Assembly (NCBI GenBank): GCA_964187785.1
Contig: OZ076409.1
Location: forward strand, 55,244,001 to 55,308,000
Reading direction: 5' to 3'
DNA from: Amphiscolops sp. MND2022
Taxonomy: Eukaryota
Length of the DNA stretch: 64,000 bases
In this document: one piece after another, positions 46,601 to 61,600 of the stretch
How the letters are laid out: each line of letters begins with the position of its first letter
How positions within the stretch are numbered: the stretch's first letter is position 1
Notes under the pieces: generated by a model
What the model saw: the letters and a program-made list of their open reading frames with translations, nothing else
The model's database searches: none
Told to the model about the DNA's origin: nothing
Made by a program: the position numbers and the translations under genes

Positions 46601-49600
46601 CACTCGAGTCCATTTCCAGAGTAGCCTGTGTTGCACGCACACTTGTACAAGTTGAAAACCAGATCCACCTTGTGTGCATTTTCGTCACACACCTCTGGGG
46701 AGTCACACCAGTCTGCTGCGTCGAGTCTCAAAGCGTCTGAAAAGGACAGCAGTGGAACGACAGATGGCTCAATAAAAGCACACCATTTAAATGGCTTGTA
46801 GATGTTAATATGAGAAAGTATCATGCTATTGACCAATGTGTCAAGATATGACCGAATTTTAATGGTCCATCCACAACAAAATTAATTGTATGACTTAGCG
46901 CTGGTTCAGAAAAATGTATTACCTTGCAAATTTTTCTCCATTCAACTCCTTCAAGATTCTATCAAGAAAGGCCAGTATTGTTTTGAAAACGTTAAACTTC
47001 AGAAAGTAAGTTTGCGGAAAGAAGTTAAATGGAGAAAAATTAGGCAGCCTGTTTGAATTTTCGCACTCAGAAACATGAGCTCACATATTCGCACTGATGA
47101 CAGAAAACAGTTTTTCAGGATCACCTGTTGCTTCAAAACAATTAGAATTTATTTCTTAGAATTTTGGAATATAAAATCTGTATATTACCATGCGTGGCAT
47201 TTGCTGTCACGTGATCAAACGTGCATGGCAATTTACTTGGACTAACCATCAGCGCACAGATCATCAAAGCACTCTGTATCCTCGCAGAAGCAGACGAAGC
47301 CTTGACTGGAGGCCTCTGCCTTCTTCACGTTTTTGCAGGACTGGCTCGGCAGGGGACAGATCTCATCTCCGGTCTGCTCCGCTTCCTGGCACTCGTCGTC
47401 GTCCACACAGATGTCCTGGAATATCGCACTGCCTGCTGGACACTCGCATCTAAAACCTCCGTCTGTGTCTACACATTGCAGCTGAAAAACAAAAAAACGT
47501 GAAGTAGATAAAAGTTTTCTAACGAAATTCAGGAGGCGTTCATTGTAATCGGATTCTAATTGTGTCTCCCACATAAGTGGTGGTGATTCATGTTTTTTTG
47601 TTTTATATAGGTTGTCTATAAATCTTTTCTATGACGTCCTACTTTAGTTACGACCGGTGAATTTGATCAATGACTTTCAAAATGATGTGAGATGTTTCAA
47701 ATTTTCATTCATTCATGTAAGTTTTTGCTGATCAAAAATATGCTATCAAAAATTTTACCATCAATCCTGCGAATAAAATGCCCGATGTCTAGAGAATTTC
47801 CCGAGAGAATCAAAATTGTAAGCCATTGTACAAGCAGATTTTTACTCCCAAAAGAGCAATTCCTTGCCAGTTGTTGCACAAAAGTAAGTTTTAATTTAGT
47901 CATTTAGCTACGCGAAATAGACTTCAGAAAAAGGACGAAGAAACAAAAAAGCCAAATCAAATTAACCTAAAATGAAAAACGAGAGATACCCTTTAGTCTT
48001 TCTTCTTTTCAATCAAAAATGGGATTAATCATTGAGTTTCCGAATTCGACCACCTAACAAAAAATTACCAATATACAGTGAGAAAAAGTGAAAAAAACTT
48101 TCAATTCTATGACCTTTTTGAATCTTTGATGGCTTCCAAGTATTTCGGTGACCGGAACCAAGCAGGACCAGAGTTGAGCCTCCGAGTCCTTCTAGCATAT
48201 TTGCAGCCATGTCAAAACGTCAATCTTTAACCATGACGGGTTGACAAGACTTAACAAGATTTTACATAATCATAATGTAACGGGGTCCTCTGGTACACCA
48301 AATTCAGCCAATTTTGAAACTTTGACAAATTCAGAATTTTGGTCGAAAATTCTTATCCGATATGTGACGTGGCATTGGGCATGTGGTTGTTCTTTTAGCT
48401 GTTTCCACCATTTTCAATGCAAAACGAGGACGAGAACAGACGGAGCGAGAACACAGAGAATGAAAAAGCCTGGGAGATAACAGAGACTGTGAAAACCTCC
48501 AGAAAGACTCTCTTTTTAGTGCTAGCACCCAGTTTTTAGTCGGCGCCTTTTCCTTTAAGGAAAAAAGCCCGACTATTACAGTGGCTAGTTTTTTTTTTTC
48601 GTCAGACCACAGAGCTCATCGCGTATGTACCACTTTTTACAGAAACTGATAAGACTACTCAGGCCAAGTCAGGCCAATGGAAACTTAGTGCAAAGGGTCC
48701 CCCCTTTCATTTTTTACCTTTTTTACGTAACCTACAAAACCGGAAGAGACCAAAGGGTCCCTCCTTTCAATTTTTTTCGGCACTGTGCGAAATTTTTTCC
48801 GAAAATTTTTTAAGGTCTCAAAAGAGTCCCCCCTTCGAGTTTTTTGATATTTTGCAACAGAATGTATGTTAATGAATCCCAAAGGGTCCCCCCTTTTCAT
48901 TTTTCGGCACTATGCGACATTTTCGAAGTTTTTTTTCAAAAAAAAATTTTTCAAAAAAATTTTCAAATTTTATTTTGTTCCCAGTCGGGAAACAGTGATT
49001 TTCCAGTCATATCGAGCATGAAAGGCACACTTTGGGTGTCTCGAAACTGTTTTCAAAGCTTTTCTTGAATACGTCCTGAGCATATTTAGAAAACTTTGCG
49101 CTTCTTGAGCCTTAGATATAGCGCCGACTTTAGACGTTCCCGTCTTGTTATCGAGTTTCAGCATTATGCTACCCTATGTAGCGGAAACCATGTAGTGCAA
49201 ATTCTCTGTCCGAATCTTTGAGGGCTTGTTTTAGGGTAGATAGTGGTTTCCTGTAGTAATGGCATTTTCCGGAACCAAGAGTTTGAGGTTTGACAAACAG
49301 AGTTTGCACAAAGTTGGTTTCAAGTGTATTAATCTTCATTTTAGACCTGGAAATCCTTTTTTCCATATTTTATGAGTTTGTAACTTTCTTGATGATACTT
49401 TTTTTCAAAATTATGCAGTTCTTGGAAAGACTTCTCTTGCCATCTTGGGCCTTTTTTCTAGCCTTCTTGCCTTTCTAATGAGATTTTTAAAAAAGTCTGT
49501 CTTAATAAGATCTTACCATGGCAAGATGTTTGCAAAATATCCATGGATGTTCAACGTCAAATGCTTGATTTGCTATACTTTATGTCATTTTATGTACATT

Positions 49601-52600
49601 TGAACAAAAACATGCCAGATTTTTAGTCGGCGCTTCTTACTTTTGAGGAAAAATGCGTGACTCTTACAGTGACCTTTGTTTTCTTCAGATCGGTCCACTT
49701 TTTATACAGAAACTACTAAAACAACTCAGACTCAGGCCATGTCCGGCCAAAGCAAACTTAGTGCAAAGGGCCCCCTTTCATTTTTTACTTTTTTAACGTA
49801 ACCTACAAAACCGGACGAGACTAAAAGGTCCCGCTTTTCGATTTTTTTTTCGGCACTATGCGACTTTTTTCCGAAATTTTTTTAATGTCTCAAAAGGGTC
49901 CCCCTTCGAGTTTTTTGGTATTTTGCAACTGAATGACTGAATGTATGTTAATAAATCCTAACGGGTCCACCCTTTTACATTTTTTGGCACTATGCGATAT
50001 TTTCCGAGAGAAAAAATTTTTCCGAGAATTCAAAAAAATGTTTTGCGCTTTTTGAGCTTTAGATATAGCGCCGATTTTAGACGTTCTCGTCTTGTTTGTA
50101 TAATCAGCAACATGTATGGTGGTTTGTAAAATACAATACCATGAGGTCGGAGCTCATACTTTGAATTATTCGTTTTTAGTCGGCGCTTTTCGTAGAAAAA
50201 CGCAGACTATAGTAGTGACTTTTCTTTTTTTTATTGGAAGGAGTGTTAATAAAAGTGGAGTGCGATCAACTCACGGAGTTGCATATTTGAGGGGTCATGC
50301 ATTCATTGATCTGTTCACATTCGCCGTCACTGTTCTTCTCGTATCCCTCGAAACACTTGCAGAAAGTGCCGTCCAACATTCGCACACATGTTGAGTATTC
50401 GGGACAGTCTTCTGCAAATTGAAAAGCTTTTTTCTCAAAACTTTCTCGATATTTAAAATATAATTTTATAAAGTGATTGAAGTGTTGGAAATTTTCAGAT
50501 TTTGTTCATTGATTGAAAAACATCTTGGCATCGGTAATAGTCTGAAAGACCTTTTGCAAAAAAGAAATGATCGAAAACGCAAGTTAACAGAAGATACAGT
50601 GCAAAAGCAATATTCATCTTTATTGAATTTAGAGGTATTGAGCGCAGCACCATAAATACCTTTGTATTAACGTGGCTCATAGGCATGAACCAGGCATAAA
50701 TGACGAATATAATGGGCACGGGATTTTTTCCCACGTTTTGCACATACCTGGACATACTGGATCATCTAGTTTGTCGCAATGAGTCCCATTTCCAGTGTAG
50801 CCCTCGGTCTTATCACACTCACACTTGAAACCATCGACGAGGTCGATGCAGATAGATCCCACAATTGCGCAATTATCTGTCCCGAGCAGACACTCGTTCA
50901 CGGCTAAACGAAGCAAACCTTGCAACACTGAGCTTGCTGTCATTGAAGTTTCACATAGTTTAGTGGGCTCAAGAGAAAAGTGTATACATTCTCCAGGTCT
51001 GAATACTGGCAAGAAATATACTTAAGTGAAAAATGAAAAAAAATAGAATGACGCAAGGCTTGATTCATGCAAGATTTTTTTCAAAATAAACAATGATGCG
51101 TTCTTTTCTAAGCGCAAACGATAGACTTATCTTATCGAAGCAGAAAGTTTTTGCAAGATGACTATGAAATTTTGGTTATATGTATTTCACTTACAAAACA
51201 GTTTTCGATTTTCCCGAAGACTCTTGAAACAATTATATGTAACTTCTTTCTACTATGTTTTTCGGGAATTTGGCAGTTGTGGTAATGCTTTGAAAACAGA
51301 AGGACTTACCATCGCATTTGTTGATGCCATCGCCCTCGAATCCACTGTTGCATACACATTGGTATGTTCCTTCCAAGTTTTTACAGACTGCATCAATGTG
51401 ACATGGTGGGGGATAGCGACTGCACTCGTCTATGTCGACACAGTCTTGATCACTGGAGTACCTTGCAAAGCCTTCGTTGCACTCACACGCAAACTTTTCT
51501 GGGGGCTGTTTGTTGATACATTTGGCGTTCTTGCCACATACCTCCACAGTTCCCGAGGTCTCGCACTCATTTTTGTCTAATAATTAAAGATTAAAACATC
51601 CCCAGATAAAGCACCTGTTTCATATTGTACTTGGTGACCACCATCAAAATATGAAGTTACGAAGCCAATGAAGTGCGTAGGCTAAACATGCGCAAAAATG
51701 ATTTAAAAAACCTGATTCCCCAATAGCCAAAAAATTCACCTTTTTAGTCGGCGCTTTCGTAGAAAGAACAGACTATAGTAGTGACTTTTCTTTTTTAAGA
51801 CCAACGAACAGACAGATTAGTTACCTGATATAACGTTTCTTGGAGAATTTTTCAATGTTAAAAAAGAGTCCCCCTTTCGATTCTTAGGATATTTAGAGTT
51901 GATACAAAATCATTTGAGGTCAAAGGGTCCCTTTGGATTTTTTTCGGTATTGTGAGACCTTATTTTTTCAACTTAATTGAACAGGTGTTTTATTCTCAAT
52001 ATTTTATCATATTTTATTTAAGCATTTTCGGCTCTGTGATTTTTTCCGGAACTTTCATTTGGTCAAAGGGTACCCTCCCGCTTTCATCGCTGATTTCGGC
52101 TTGAGAAAAGGTCGTTTTGCGAGCTGAAAGTTCCTATATCGGCACTATGAGACTTTTCCGACAAAAAAACGAAGTGCAATTTCAAAAAATGGAAGCAAAC
52201 CGAAATCATTTACAAACTCTTTGACCATTTGAAGTTTTTTTTCGAAAAAGATAGCAGTGTCGAAAAAGGGGGGACACTTTCGTCTCCACTAAACTTTTAC
52301 ATGTATAAAAGTTTCTGTTGCAACGCAGGACTCGAACATAGAGGAGCTCACTGAAAGAAACCCGCGCTTACCTGTAGGCCAAGAAACTTGAATTGACTAA
52401 TATGACTTTGAATTTATAGAAGCGTTTGAAGAAATGTGTCAGTCCGCTGGTCTTGAAAACAAGACGAGAACGTCTAAAGTCGGCGCTATATCTGAACCTC
52501 AAAAAGCGCAAAATATTTTCTTGGAAAAAACTTGAAATTTTCGAAAATTTTTCTCTTTCGGAAAATGTCGCACAGTGCCGAAAAATGTAAAAGGGGGGAC

Positions 52601-55600
52601 CTTTTTGATTTATAAACATGCATTCTGTTGCAAAATAACAAAAAACTCAAAAGGGGGACCCTTTGGGACATTAAAAAAGACTTCCAAGTGTCAAGTATTC
52701 CCTATTACAGTACTCGAAAATCGAATATTTTTTGAAAAAAAAATTTCGAAAATATTACATACTCAAAAAAAATGGAAAAAATGGACCGACTGGCGCGCTA
52801 AAGTCTCACAATGCCGAAAAACTGAAAGGGGGACCCTTTGAGGTTTTTCAACATCCATTCTGTCGTAAAACATGAAAAAATTGAAGAAAACAAAAATTTT
52901 CATTTTCGGGAAAAATCTCACAATGCCGAAAAAAACTGAAAGGAGGGGGGACCCTTTGGGATTTTTCAACATCCATTCTGTCGCAAAACATCAAAAAATG
53001 CAGGGGGACCCTTTGGGGAAAAAATCGAAAAAAAGTCTCGCAGTGCCGAAAAAAATGAAAGGGGGAACCCTTTGGTCTCGCCCGGTATGGTATGTTACGC
53101 GGGAAAACAGGAAAAACCTTTTTGGTTCAGTTCGCTAGGCCAAATAGTGCAATTTGGTGCAATAAGATTTTGTAGAACTTTTAAGAACTATTTTGGTCAG
53201 TTCGTGTGGATAGAAAAACAAGCCGGGAACGGCCAAAGTCGGCGCCATATCTAAGGCTCAAAATTTAAAAGGGGGACCCTTCGGGCTTTGTGAAACTCCA
53301 GCTGGTTGCAAAAAATTAAAAAAAAAAATTGAAGGGGGGACCCTTTGGAGACATGAAAAAATTTCCGAAAAATTTTTTTAATGACATTTTTGAACAGTGT
53401 CACAGTGCCGAAAAATGAAAAAGGGGGGACCCTTTGCGATTTTTTGACATCCATTGTGTTGCAAAACATCAAACAAAATTGAAGGGGGGACCCTTTGGGG
53501 AAAAAATTTCAATCCAAAAAGTTTCAAAAAGTCGCATAGTTCCGAAAAAAAGTGGGGTCCTTAGTGTGATTTCGAGGTTGTGGACGTCTGTTTTGTTTTT
53601 TTCTTTTCGTTTTGGACGCTTCTGAGGTTGGAGTTGTTGAGGTTTGAAGTTGTGGAGGTTGTTGAACAAATGAACAAAAAGTGGACCTTTCGTGTCTAAA
53701 AAAAAAAACTACCCACTGTAATAGTCGGGCACATTTTCTACTAAAATGCGCCGACTAAAAAGAGTCACTATAATAGTCGCGTTTCACTTCATGAAGCGCC
53801 GACTAAAAAACGAAAGAGGGGACCCTTTGCACTAAGTTTGCCTTGGCCCCTTGGCCGGACTTGGCGCCTTAGGTGGTTTCAGGTTTGTTTCTAAAAAGTG
53901 GACCGATCAGTGTTAGGATTGTAGTCTGAAGAAAAAAAAGGTCACTGCTATAGTCGGGCATTTTTCCTTAAAAGGATAAAGCGCCGACTAAAAAAGGCAT
54001 TACTAGAATCTGCGTTTTTTACGAAGTCGACAACTAAAACTCTGAGTTAAAATACCAACTGGGGCACAGTGACCAAAATATACACATTCCAATAGAGTAA
54101 TTAAGTGGAGATTTGGCAGAAGTTGTAAAAAACGCTACACAGATTATGCTTTTCCTTCGCCTATATATACAAAAAATTGTGGGGCAAATAACAAAGGTCT
54201 CATTTTAGTCTACTTTACATTTGCGGAAATAAAAACCATCTTTGTCTATCTTGGGATTCGAACTTCACAGCCACGCACTCTATTCACAAGAGAAAAATGG
54301 TGTTTAAACGAATGGAAGTGAAGTTACAGAAAGTTTCATGGAATCGTAAATTCACTGGTCCAGAAAAACCACTACCTCAATCTGCGTTTTCTTACAAAAG
54401 CATCAGCTAAGCTTGAGATAATTTGAATCAGTAAACACCTTCTTAGTATCGACAATGTCGTCTTTGTTTGCTAACTATCGAAAAATTAACACTTCTTTGA
54501 TAGCTTTTTCCTTTTCCCCTGTAAAAACTGCGTGTCAGAAGTCAGCGTTTGACGAAAGTCATTTAGTTAACGAGAATAATTGGGCGAAGCGATTTGCAAA
54601 GGTAGCTGATGACAAAACGCTATTCATTCTAGGAGACCAAAAGCATGATGCGGTTGTCAAAGGTTCACTACAAAACAAAACTTAGGTTCACTACAAACAA
54701 AGTGACTTTCAAATGACAAATGATTCGGTTTGGGTAAGCCTTCGAAGCTTCTATCAAAGGTTAGACAAGTACAGCACAGACAAGCCTACAGGCACTTTGG
54801 AGTTCATATAGTTCCTTATATTAGTGTTTATTGAACTTTAAAATAGGAAAATCTAAAAAGAACTAAAATCGACAAACGAAGAGAAGAAAGTTGAGGTCAA
54901 TTTTTGATCAAACGTCCGACTCTTTGCATGACCTTATAACAGAGAACAGAATTCTGAACTTGTCAAGGAGTTTTTCGGACGTCCAAAAAGCAATCCGCAA
55001 CTGAGGTCAAGAAATACCTGCTAACATCAACAGTCAGTATGAATCGCGCTGGAGTTTAAAAAGAACTTTAACCGACCACTCACAACATGGTAATTAAAAA
55101 TTCCAAAAAAGAAAAATATTTAATGGAAGAATTTCACCTTGTGACAAATGATCTAACTACCGCTCAATGTAGACAAATGTTCTCTTTTAATAGGATGTTT
55201 TACGTGCCAATAAGTGTATTCTCACTGTAACTTCAAGATATGTACTTTTGAATCATAAAAATGTAAACCTCCAAGAATCGTATAAGTTCTCAAATTTGGG
55301 CCATATTGGTTCTCTAAGACAAAACCTTGAAAGCTCGATAGCTCAATACTCGTCTTCATAAAATTTACTTTGTATTTTTGTGTTGTTTGAACGATTGCTT
55401 AAAACTTAAAGAGTATTTCATCAAAATAATCTTTTTCCTTTCTTCCATTTACGCTTCAACAAAAATTAGCGAAAAGGGCAAAACTTGTTTTAAGCTGTAC
55501 CACAACGCCATGGTAAAACCCCAATTATGCTTAGATTTTTAAGTGATAAACCTTTGCATGAGAATCCATTTCCAGTGTATCCATTTCTGCAGACACATTT

Positions 55601-58600
55601 GCTGGATCCGGGAGCATCAGACACACAGTCAGCATTCTCGTGACATTCGCCAATTTCTTGCACACATCGGTCGTTCGCTGAAACACGCAACAATCTCTTA
55701 ACAAAACAAGGGACGAAAGTGTGAGTATGCATGTAAAGTAGCATACCCGGATTGGTTCCACCGAAATTATGTTAGTACATCGATCGAGCAAAATTTCATG
55801 GAATCAAACTTTATCGAATCTTGAAATCTTTCCAAAATAACGCAGTTTTATGTTGGACATATTACTCTTTTCGAGAACATGATAAAGATAAAAAATGAAC
55901 TTACGACGGCAGTAAGATCCATCGCCTGTGAATCCTTCGAGACAAGTGCATTCGAAACTGCCGACGGTGTTCTTGCATTCGGCCTTGAGGTGACACAAGC
56001 TGGGTCCGCACTCATCAACATCTAATTATGAAAATATACATTCACTCGCGGGTTATTTTGTACCAAAAGTTATACACGTTGTATAGCAAATACCAAAACT
56101 CTAAATCATATCAGTCATAACGTTGCGTCATGACATGAGATATTACGGAATTGCCTTAAACAGCAAAAATACAAATTAAACTGTTCATTTCGAACTAAAC
56201 ACGTAAGCTGTTGTGTTCTATGTTTACATCCGACATTAATTTGCTTTTGAATAGCTCGATCAGTATATTTACAGACATGCCATTTATTGACTCGAATTTT
56301 TGTCATGGCGCAGATTATTTTTCCCTGTTCCCAATATCAAGAGTTTTTTGAAGTTTAGATCCTTTTTCGATTGTTATCGTTGATTATGAGTTCAGATATG
56401 TATGAATGATTAGGCTTTGTCTTAATTCGATACCTAATTTAAATAGCGGCCACCATAATTCTGCATCGTTTGTAAGAGAGGATGTATCCGCATTACTAAA
56501 GATTGGTATGGATAGTGCGGTACGTTGTACGGATGTCTGACATGTTTGAACGTTAATGGCAAAAGTTAAAAAAAGTGATCCAGAAGGTAAAGGAGTTGAA
56601 TTATGTTCAGTTTTTATTGAAATAGTGGACGTTGCATTTTATTCCTACAAACTTTTTCTGAGCAGCCGGTCGGAGTTCTTCATGTTCTGGAAAAAATTAG
56701 TCTTGCATGCATGAAAGCAGAATGCAAAGTTTCTCCAGCAGATGCAATTAAGGTATCCATTCAAACCGAATGTTCTGATACAGTCAGTCTATGAACCGGT
56801 CGTTTGTTAGACTCTAATTATATAGCGTTCTGATTATAATGTGTAATTGTGACTGTCTTTAGCAGTTGACCTTCTATACAATTTTCGACATCAAATTTCG
56901 GCGTCTTGAAACAATCTTCGTCAGAAATTACTGTTTATCGGCAAAGAAGTTATAGATTGTCATTATACCGTATAACTTATAACTTAAGAGCATTTACTTG
57001 CAAAAATATTCGGCGCCTTTAAAGAGTGCCATTCAATCAGATTTCAAGTCCCATTCACGTGATTTTCTTCAATTGGTTTCGGTAGTTCCTATCTTTGCAT
57101 GTTCTATTTTCGGCCCAAAGCGCTCTATTTTCGCTTTTTGCACTTTTTCGACATGAGCCAAAAACTGGTTTTCCTACTTAAAAGCAACTAAAATGCATCA
57201 ATTTATTTCATAAACTGGAACATAAGCGCTTGGAAAATGAAGCCAAAACGACCCCTGTATCATTACAGAACAACTATCACCTTAGTCATATCACGATACC
57301 AAATGTACAATCAAGGGCCATAAGTGACCTCTTGAAATTTTGTGAAAGTCGAACAGAAGTAAAATTCCAAAACGTTTGAAAACACTTTTGTATGAAGCTG
57401 TGTTTTTAATGTGATGCTCAGAATGAATTCTGTTGAAGCCAGATTGAGCATTTCAAAACCCAAATGTGAAGTGCCAAATTTGTTGAAGTACAATAACATT
57501 AACAAAGTGACCTACCGACACATTTTTTGCCTTCAATTTTGTATCCGATTGGACACACGCAAACTTCTTCCAAAGTGATTTGGTCAACGACACAAGAGCC
57601 CTCAGGTCCACATTCTTCCCCATTCTCGTCTGTCCAGCATGTCTTATCGTCATCTGAAACGTAAATTAAGTTTGAAAAAGTGTCTTAAAGCCTGAAACAT
57701 TTTAATTTTGCGAAGCTAATCTTTGTATATGAGAAAACTTGGATGTTAGAATATGTTTTGAGGAGAATGAATTTTAGACCAACATGGCAAGAAGGTCTCT
57801 TTTAGATCTAAAAAACGAAGAAGACTGAAACAATACCATAACTGCCAAGATTTAAAGATTTATATTTTACACCATTTGTGTTGGCAGAACCTTCAGCAAA
57901 TTTCAGATTAATAAGAAAAATGTAAGCTCTGAAAGTTCGGAAAAACAGAAGGAAGAAATTAGGATTGAAAATAAAAGCATGGAAAGATGGTAAAGAAGTA
58001 CAACATTTGAAACAAAAGTTTCAAAAGTACAGGATTTGAAGTCAACAGATCTAATCATGTCTCCGGACGCACTAAGGCATCAGTGTTAGGAGCGATTTTA
58101 CTGATTATGTGGATCATCTTAACACTGTACCAGGTTGCTGTGATTCCCGAAAAAAAATCGAAATTTTGTTGTAAGTCGTACTTCGAAAATACAAAAACTT
58201 TGGTAGATAATTTACTAGAGCCATTCACGTAATGTAGCAGTAACCAACATACTTGTACATACCTCTGATGCATTTGGTTGAATCGTTGTTCATGACATAT
58301 CCAGCATAACACTCGCAGATGTAGCCTTCCTCTCCTTCAACGGTCGCATCCAAGTTGATACATGTTGACTTTGCAGGACACAGAGAGTTTCCTAGACGTT
58401 CACACTCGTCCAGGTCTGAAGAAAAAAATGGTAGAATTTAATACAAAGCCTTGTAATTACACCATTGTTGGTATTCATTTTTCATGTAGTTTCCACTGAT
58501 GTCATTACAGCTACCTTTTTGGACAGCTTATTGCAAATTCACTAAAGTTGCTCCGTTTTAGCTCCGGTTGTTTGTGCAACCATGTACTAGGCGAATCGCT

Positions 58601-61600
58601 AGTGGGTCGAATTTTGCCCAAGTCTTTTTATTGGAGCATTCTTGGCCCAAATGGTTCTGTTTACTTACTGTCAGGCAGTAGGTTGCAAGTTCGAACTTTC
58701 TTACTGTTTTTGAAAACATTCCGTAGTTGCCTACAAAATTACAAAAGACAAGGATCGCAGCTGTGGGTGTTTTTTTCGCACAATGAGACTTTCTAAATCC
58801 TTAAGAATATTCAAAAGATCCCCTTTTTGAATGGTTTGAAATTTTGAAGCAGCTGGAAAATAAAAGAACTCAAAAAGTTTTTTTTTCGGAGCTGTGAGAA
58901 TTTTCGGAAAATGCATGTGTTAACCTATTGTTTTCCACACTCCCATAAAAAACTTTTAAAATAAAAGCCAATTAACATGCATTGTAAAAAAATAATGAGC
59001 AAACATATCAAAAAATGGATATAAGTTTGCGCTCAAACTGACTACTTTGGCATGTTATAATCTTTTGCAGTTTTGTTCCGCGACAAATTGAGATCTCTAA
59101 GATTTTGAATTTTCCTACAGGAAATTCTCAATTTTAGCTGCTCTCCTCTTTTACAACTAGTGTTGTCTTACCTATTTTTTTTTCACCTCAAAAATATTAT
59201 ACTCACTATTAGTTTATGATTTTTTGTTTTTTTTTTAAGAAACGAAATCCTAGTTTAACTATGTGACTTTTGTATTATATTCGGTCACCACTGTTTGCCA
59301 ATAGCTACAAGAATCGCTGGAACGTACTTTTCACTGTCTGTGGTGAATGAGTTTCTCTTCGTGGACATTGGTCCGCAGTGGGACAATGCTTGAAAATGCA
59401 GAGGGGAGACCGAAGGGTCCGCCTTTGGGCTTTTCTCAACACAATGTCATTTCAAAATTTTTTAAACCCAAAAAGTCCCTTGAGGGTTGTGCCAGAGTGT
59501 GTGAATTGCCGACAAAAATTGTTCGAACATTTTGTTTTCTTTTTCTAAAAAAAGTTTTCGTCTTGAACCGTTTTCCGAGTCTTAAGGTTGACCTCTTTAG
59601 TTATTTTTTGGTCCTGTGGGGCTAATGAGAGTTTTTTCAATAATTGTGGAAAAACGTACAGTTTTTCGTCTTTTTCCGACTTCTTACGAATTTTTCTCTT
59701 CTAGAGATTCGCTGCTTCGATTTTCCTTACAAAAACTTTCGGAAAAAAAGTACAAAACCGGGTTTTGATATATTTTAGATAGGAAAATTCTTTTTTTTTC
59801 ACTGAATTTTTGGTTGTAACAGCTTACGAAAATTGTCCAGTGCTACTGCGCCTCTTGTTTTGACCATATTCATTATTAGTGAGCGGCAAATTACCTTGGT
59901 TTTTGTTGTATGCATTCTATTTTGAAGGCCGTGGAATTAGGTACTTCACTCTACTATGAAAAATAGTTGGGTAACCTCAAGTTCAATTTCTTCTCACTCA
60001 CTTCGTGTCGCAAAAAGGAGAAAAATCGTCATAAACACAAGTGCCGACAGCTTAAGGGCTCTCATGTGTGTTCTTCGATGGTATACCCATGATCCGTTAA
60101 TAGAACAAAACTTTCAGAAAGAATTCCTATCAAAGTCTGATGGCCTACCAATGGACTCCTATCACAATTAAGCTTATGAATTTAGATTTCTTTTAATCTT
60201 TTGTTTTCAGATTAGTAGAGAGAAGCATTTCTTGCAGTTAGATGGTTCCGCTGCTTCTGTTGTCAAATCGTTGTGGCTAGACGTACTCTTGTATTTCTAT
60301 ATTACAAGTTGATTTTACCTTCACAGTCGACGAAGTAGGGGTTATTCGAGAATGTGCCCTCAATACATTCGCAGTTGTACCCAGGTTCCAAGTTTGTACA
60401 CTCTGCGTTTTCGGCACAAGGCTCTTCTAGACATTCGTTGATATCTGAAACATTTCAACAATCATTTCATTTGGGGGGACAAGGCATCAACCAGCAAATG
60501 ATCAGAACTATGCAGCCTTGTTCGTTCGCAAATAATCTAGGCAACAACTAGACTAAAATAATGTCGAAGATGAGGCATAGATGAGGCAAATGAAAGTTAA
60601 TGATTCTGGGAAAATTGATTCACTGATCAGAAGACCATCAATAACTTAAATTTTATTTAAAAATATACGGAACTTTCTCATCGTTGAAAACTTTTTCCAG
60701 TAACAAGCAAGTTTTCATCATTGCTTATATTTTCAATCGTTCTTAGAAATTAATCTTTAGTTAGTGAGTAGTTAATCATCTGCTCTTGAAACTGCCCGAA
60801 CTCTGATGATAAAAACTCAGCCTTACCGACACACAATCCCAATGCTTCGTCCAGCTCGTAGCCTTTTCTGCAGATACATTCTTCTTCGTCCGTTTCTTCG
60901 TTTATTTCACACTTTTCGGTTTTTTCGTCACACTCTTTCTCGCAATTCTGACATGTTCCCTTATATATTTCATATCCAGGCTTGCATGGACACTGAAACA
61001 GATTTCTATCTACGAGAACCAAAACTACATCGAAATGTTTTCCCATTTTATTTTTGAATCAACATGGTTGGAAAATTCTACTGCAGAATTTCACTAAAAA
61101 TTAGAATTTCAATGCATTCAAATTCCCCAATTACTGATAATTAGTGCAGGGTGGCATTGCTTCACAATGGAGGTGTTAGATTAGTGAATATGTCAGTTTT
61201 AAGAACAACTTTCAACCGTTTATAAAATCAAACCCAAGTGCCGATTAATCAACAGCTTTTTTGTAACAACGTCTACGAGATCTTATCAAAATTTTCAAAA
61301 CAATTATTAAAATACTAGCAGTCTTAAATTGTTGTTTTTGAATTGATGACACAATTGTTGCTTTCTCTAAATACAGGAAATTTTCCTAGGCGTGAAACCT
61401 CTTACTGGGAGGTGAAAGCTGATTTTAACTGTTCACAAATTCAACTTATTTTTCACAGGTGTTAAACTTCTGAAAAAGAAGAAATTTGGAATTAATGGCT
61501 CACAGAGAAATCGGAGTATGGAGAATCGTAGCATTCTGAGTTGGGATCGTTTTGCTCGCAGTATTCTTGGTTGGCTTCAATTTCACACTCGTCAATACCT

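Noticed and set aside
54440..57100. Possible highly decayed LINE pieces (e.g. LNVDKCS at ~55163); similar hints at 23400-24420
   Set aside because: Too degenerate to support boundaries or family without a search.
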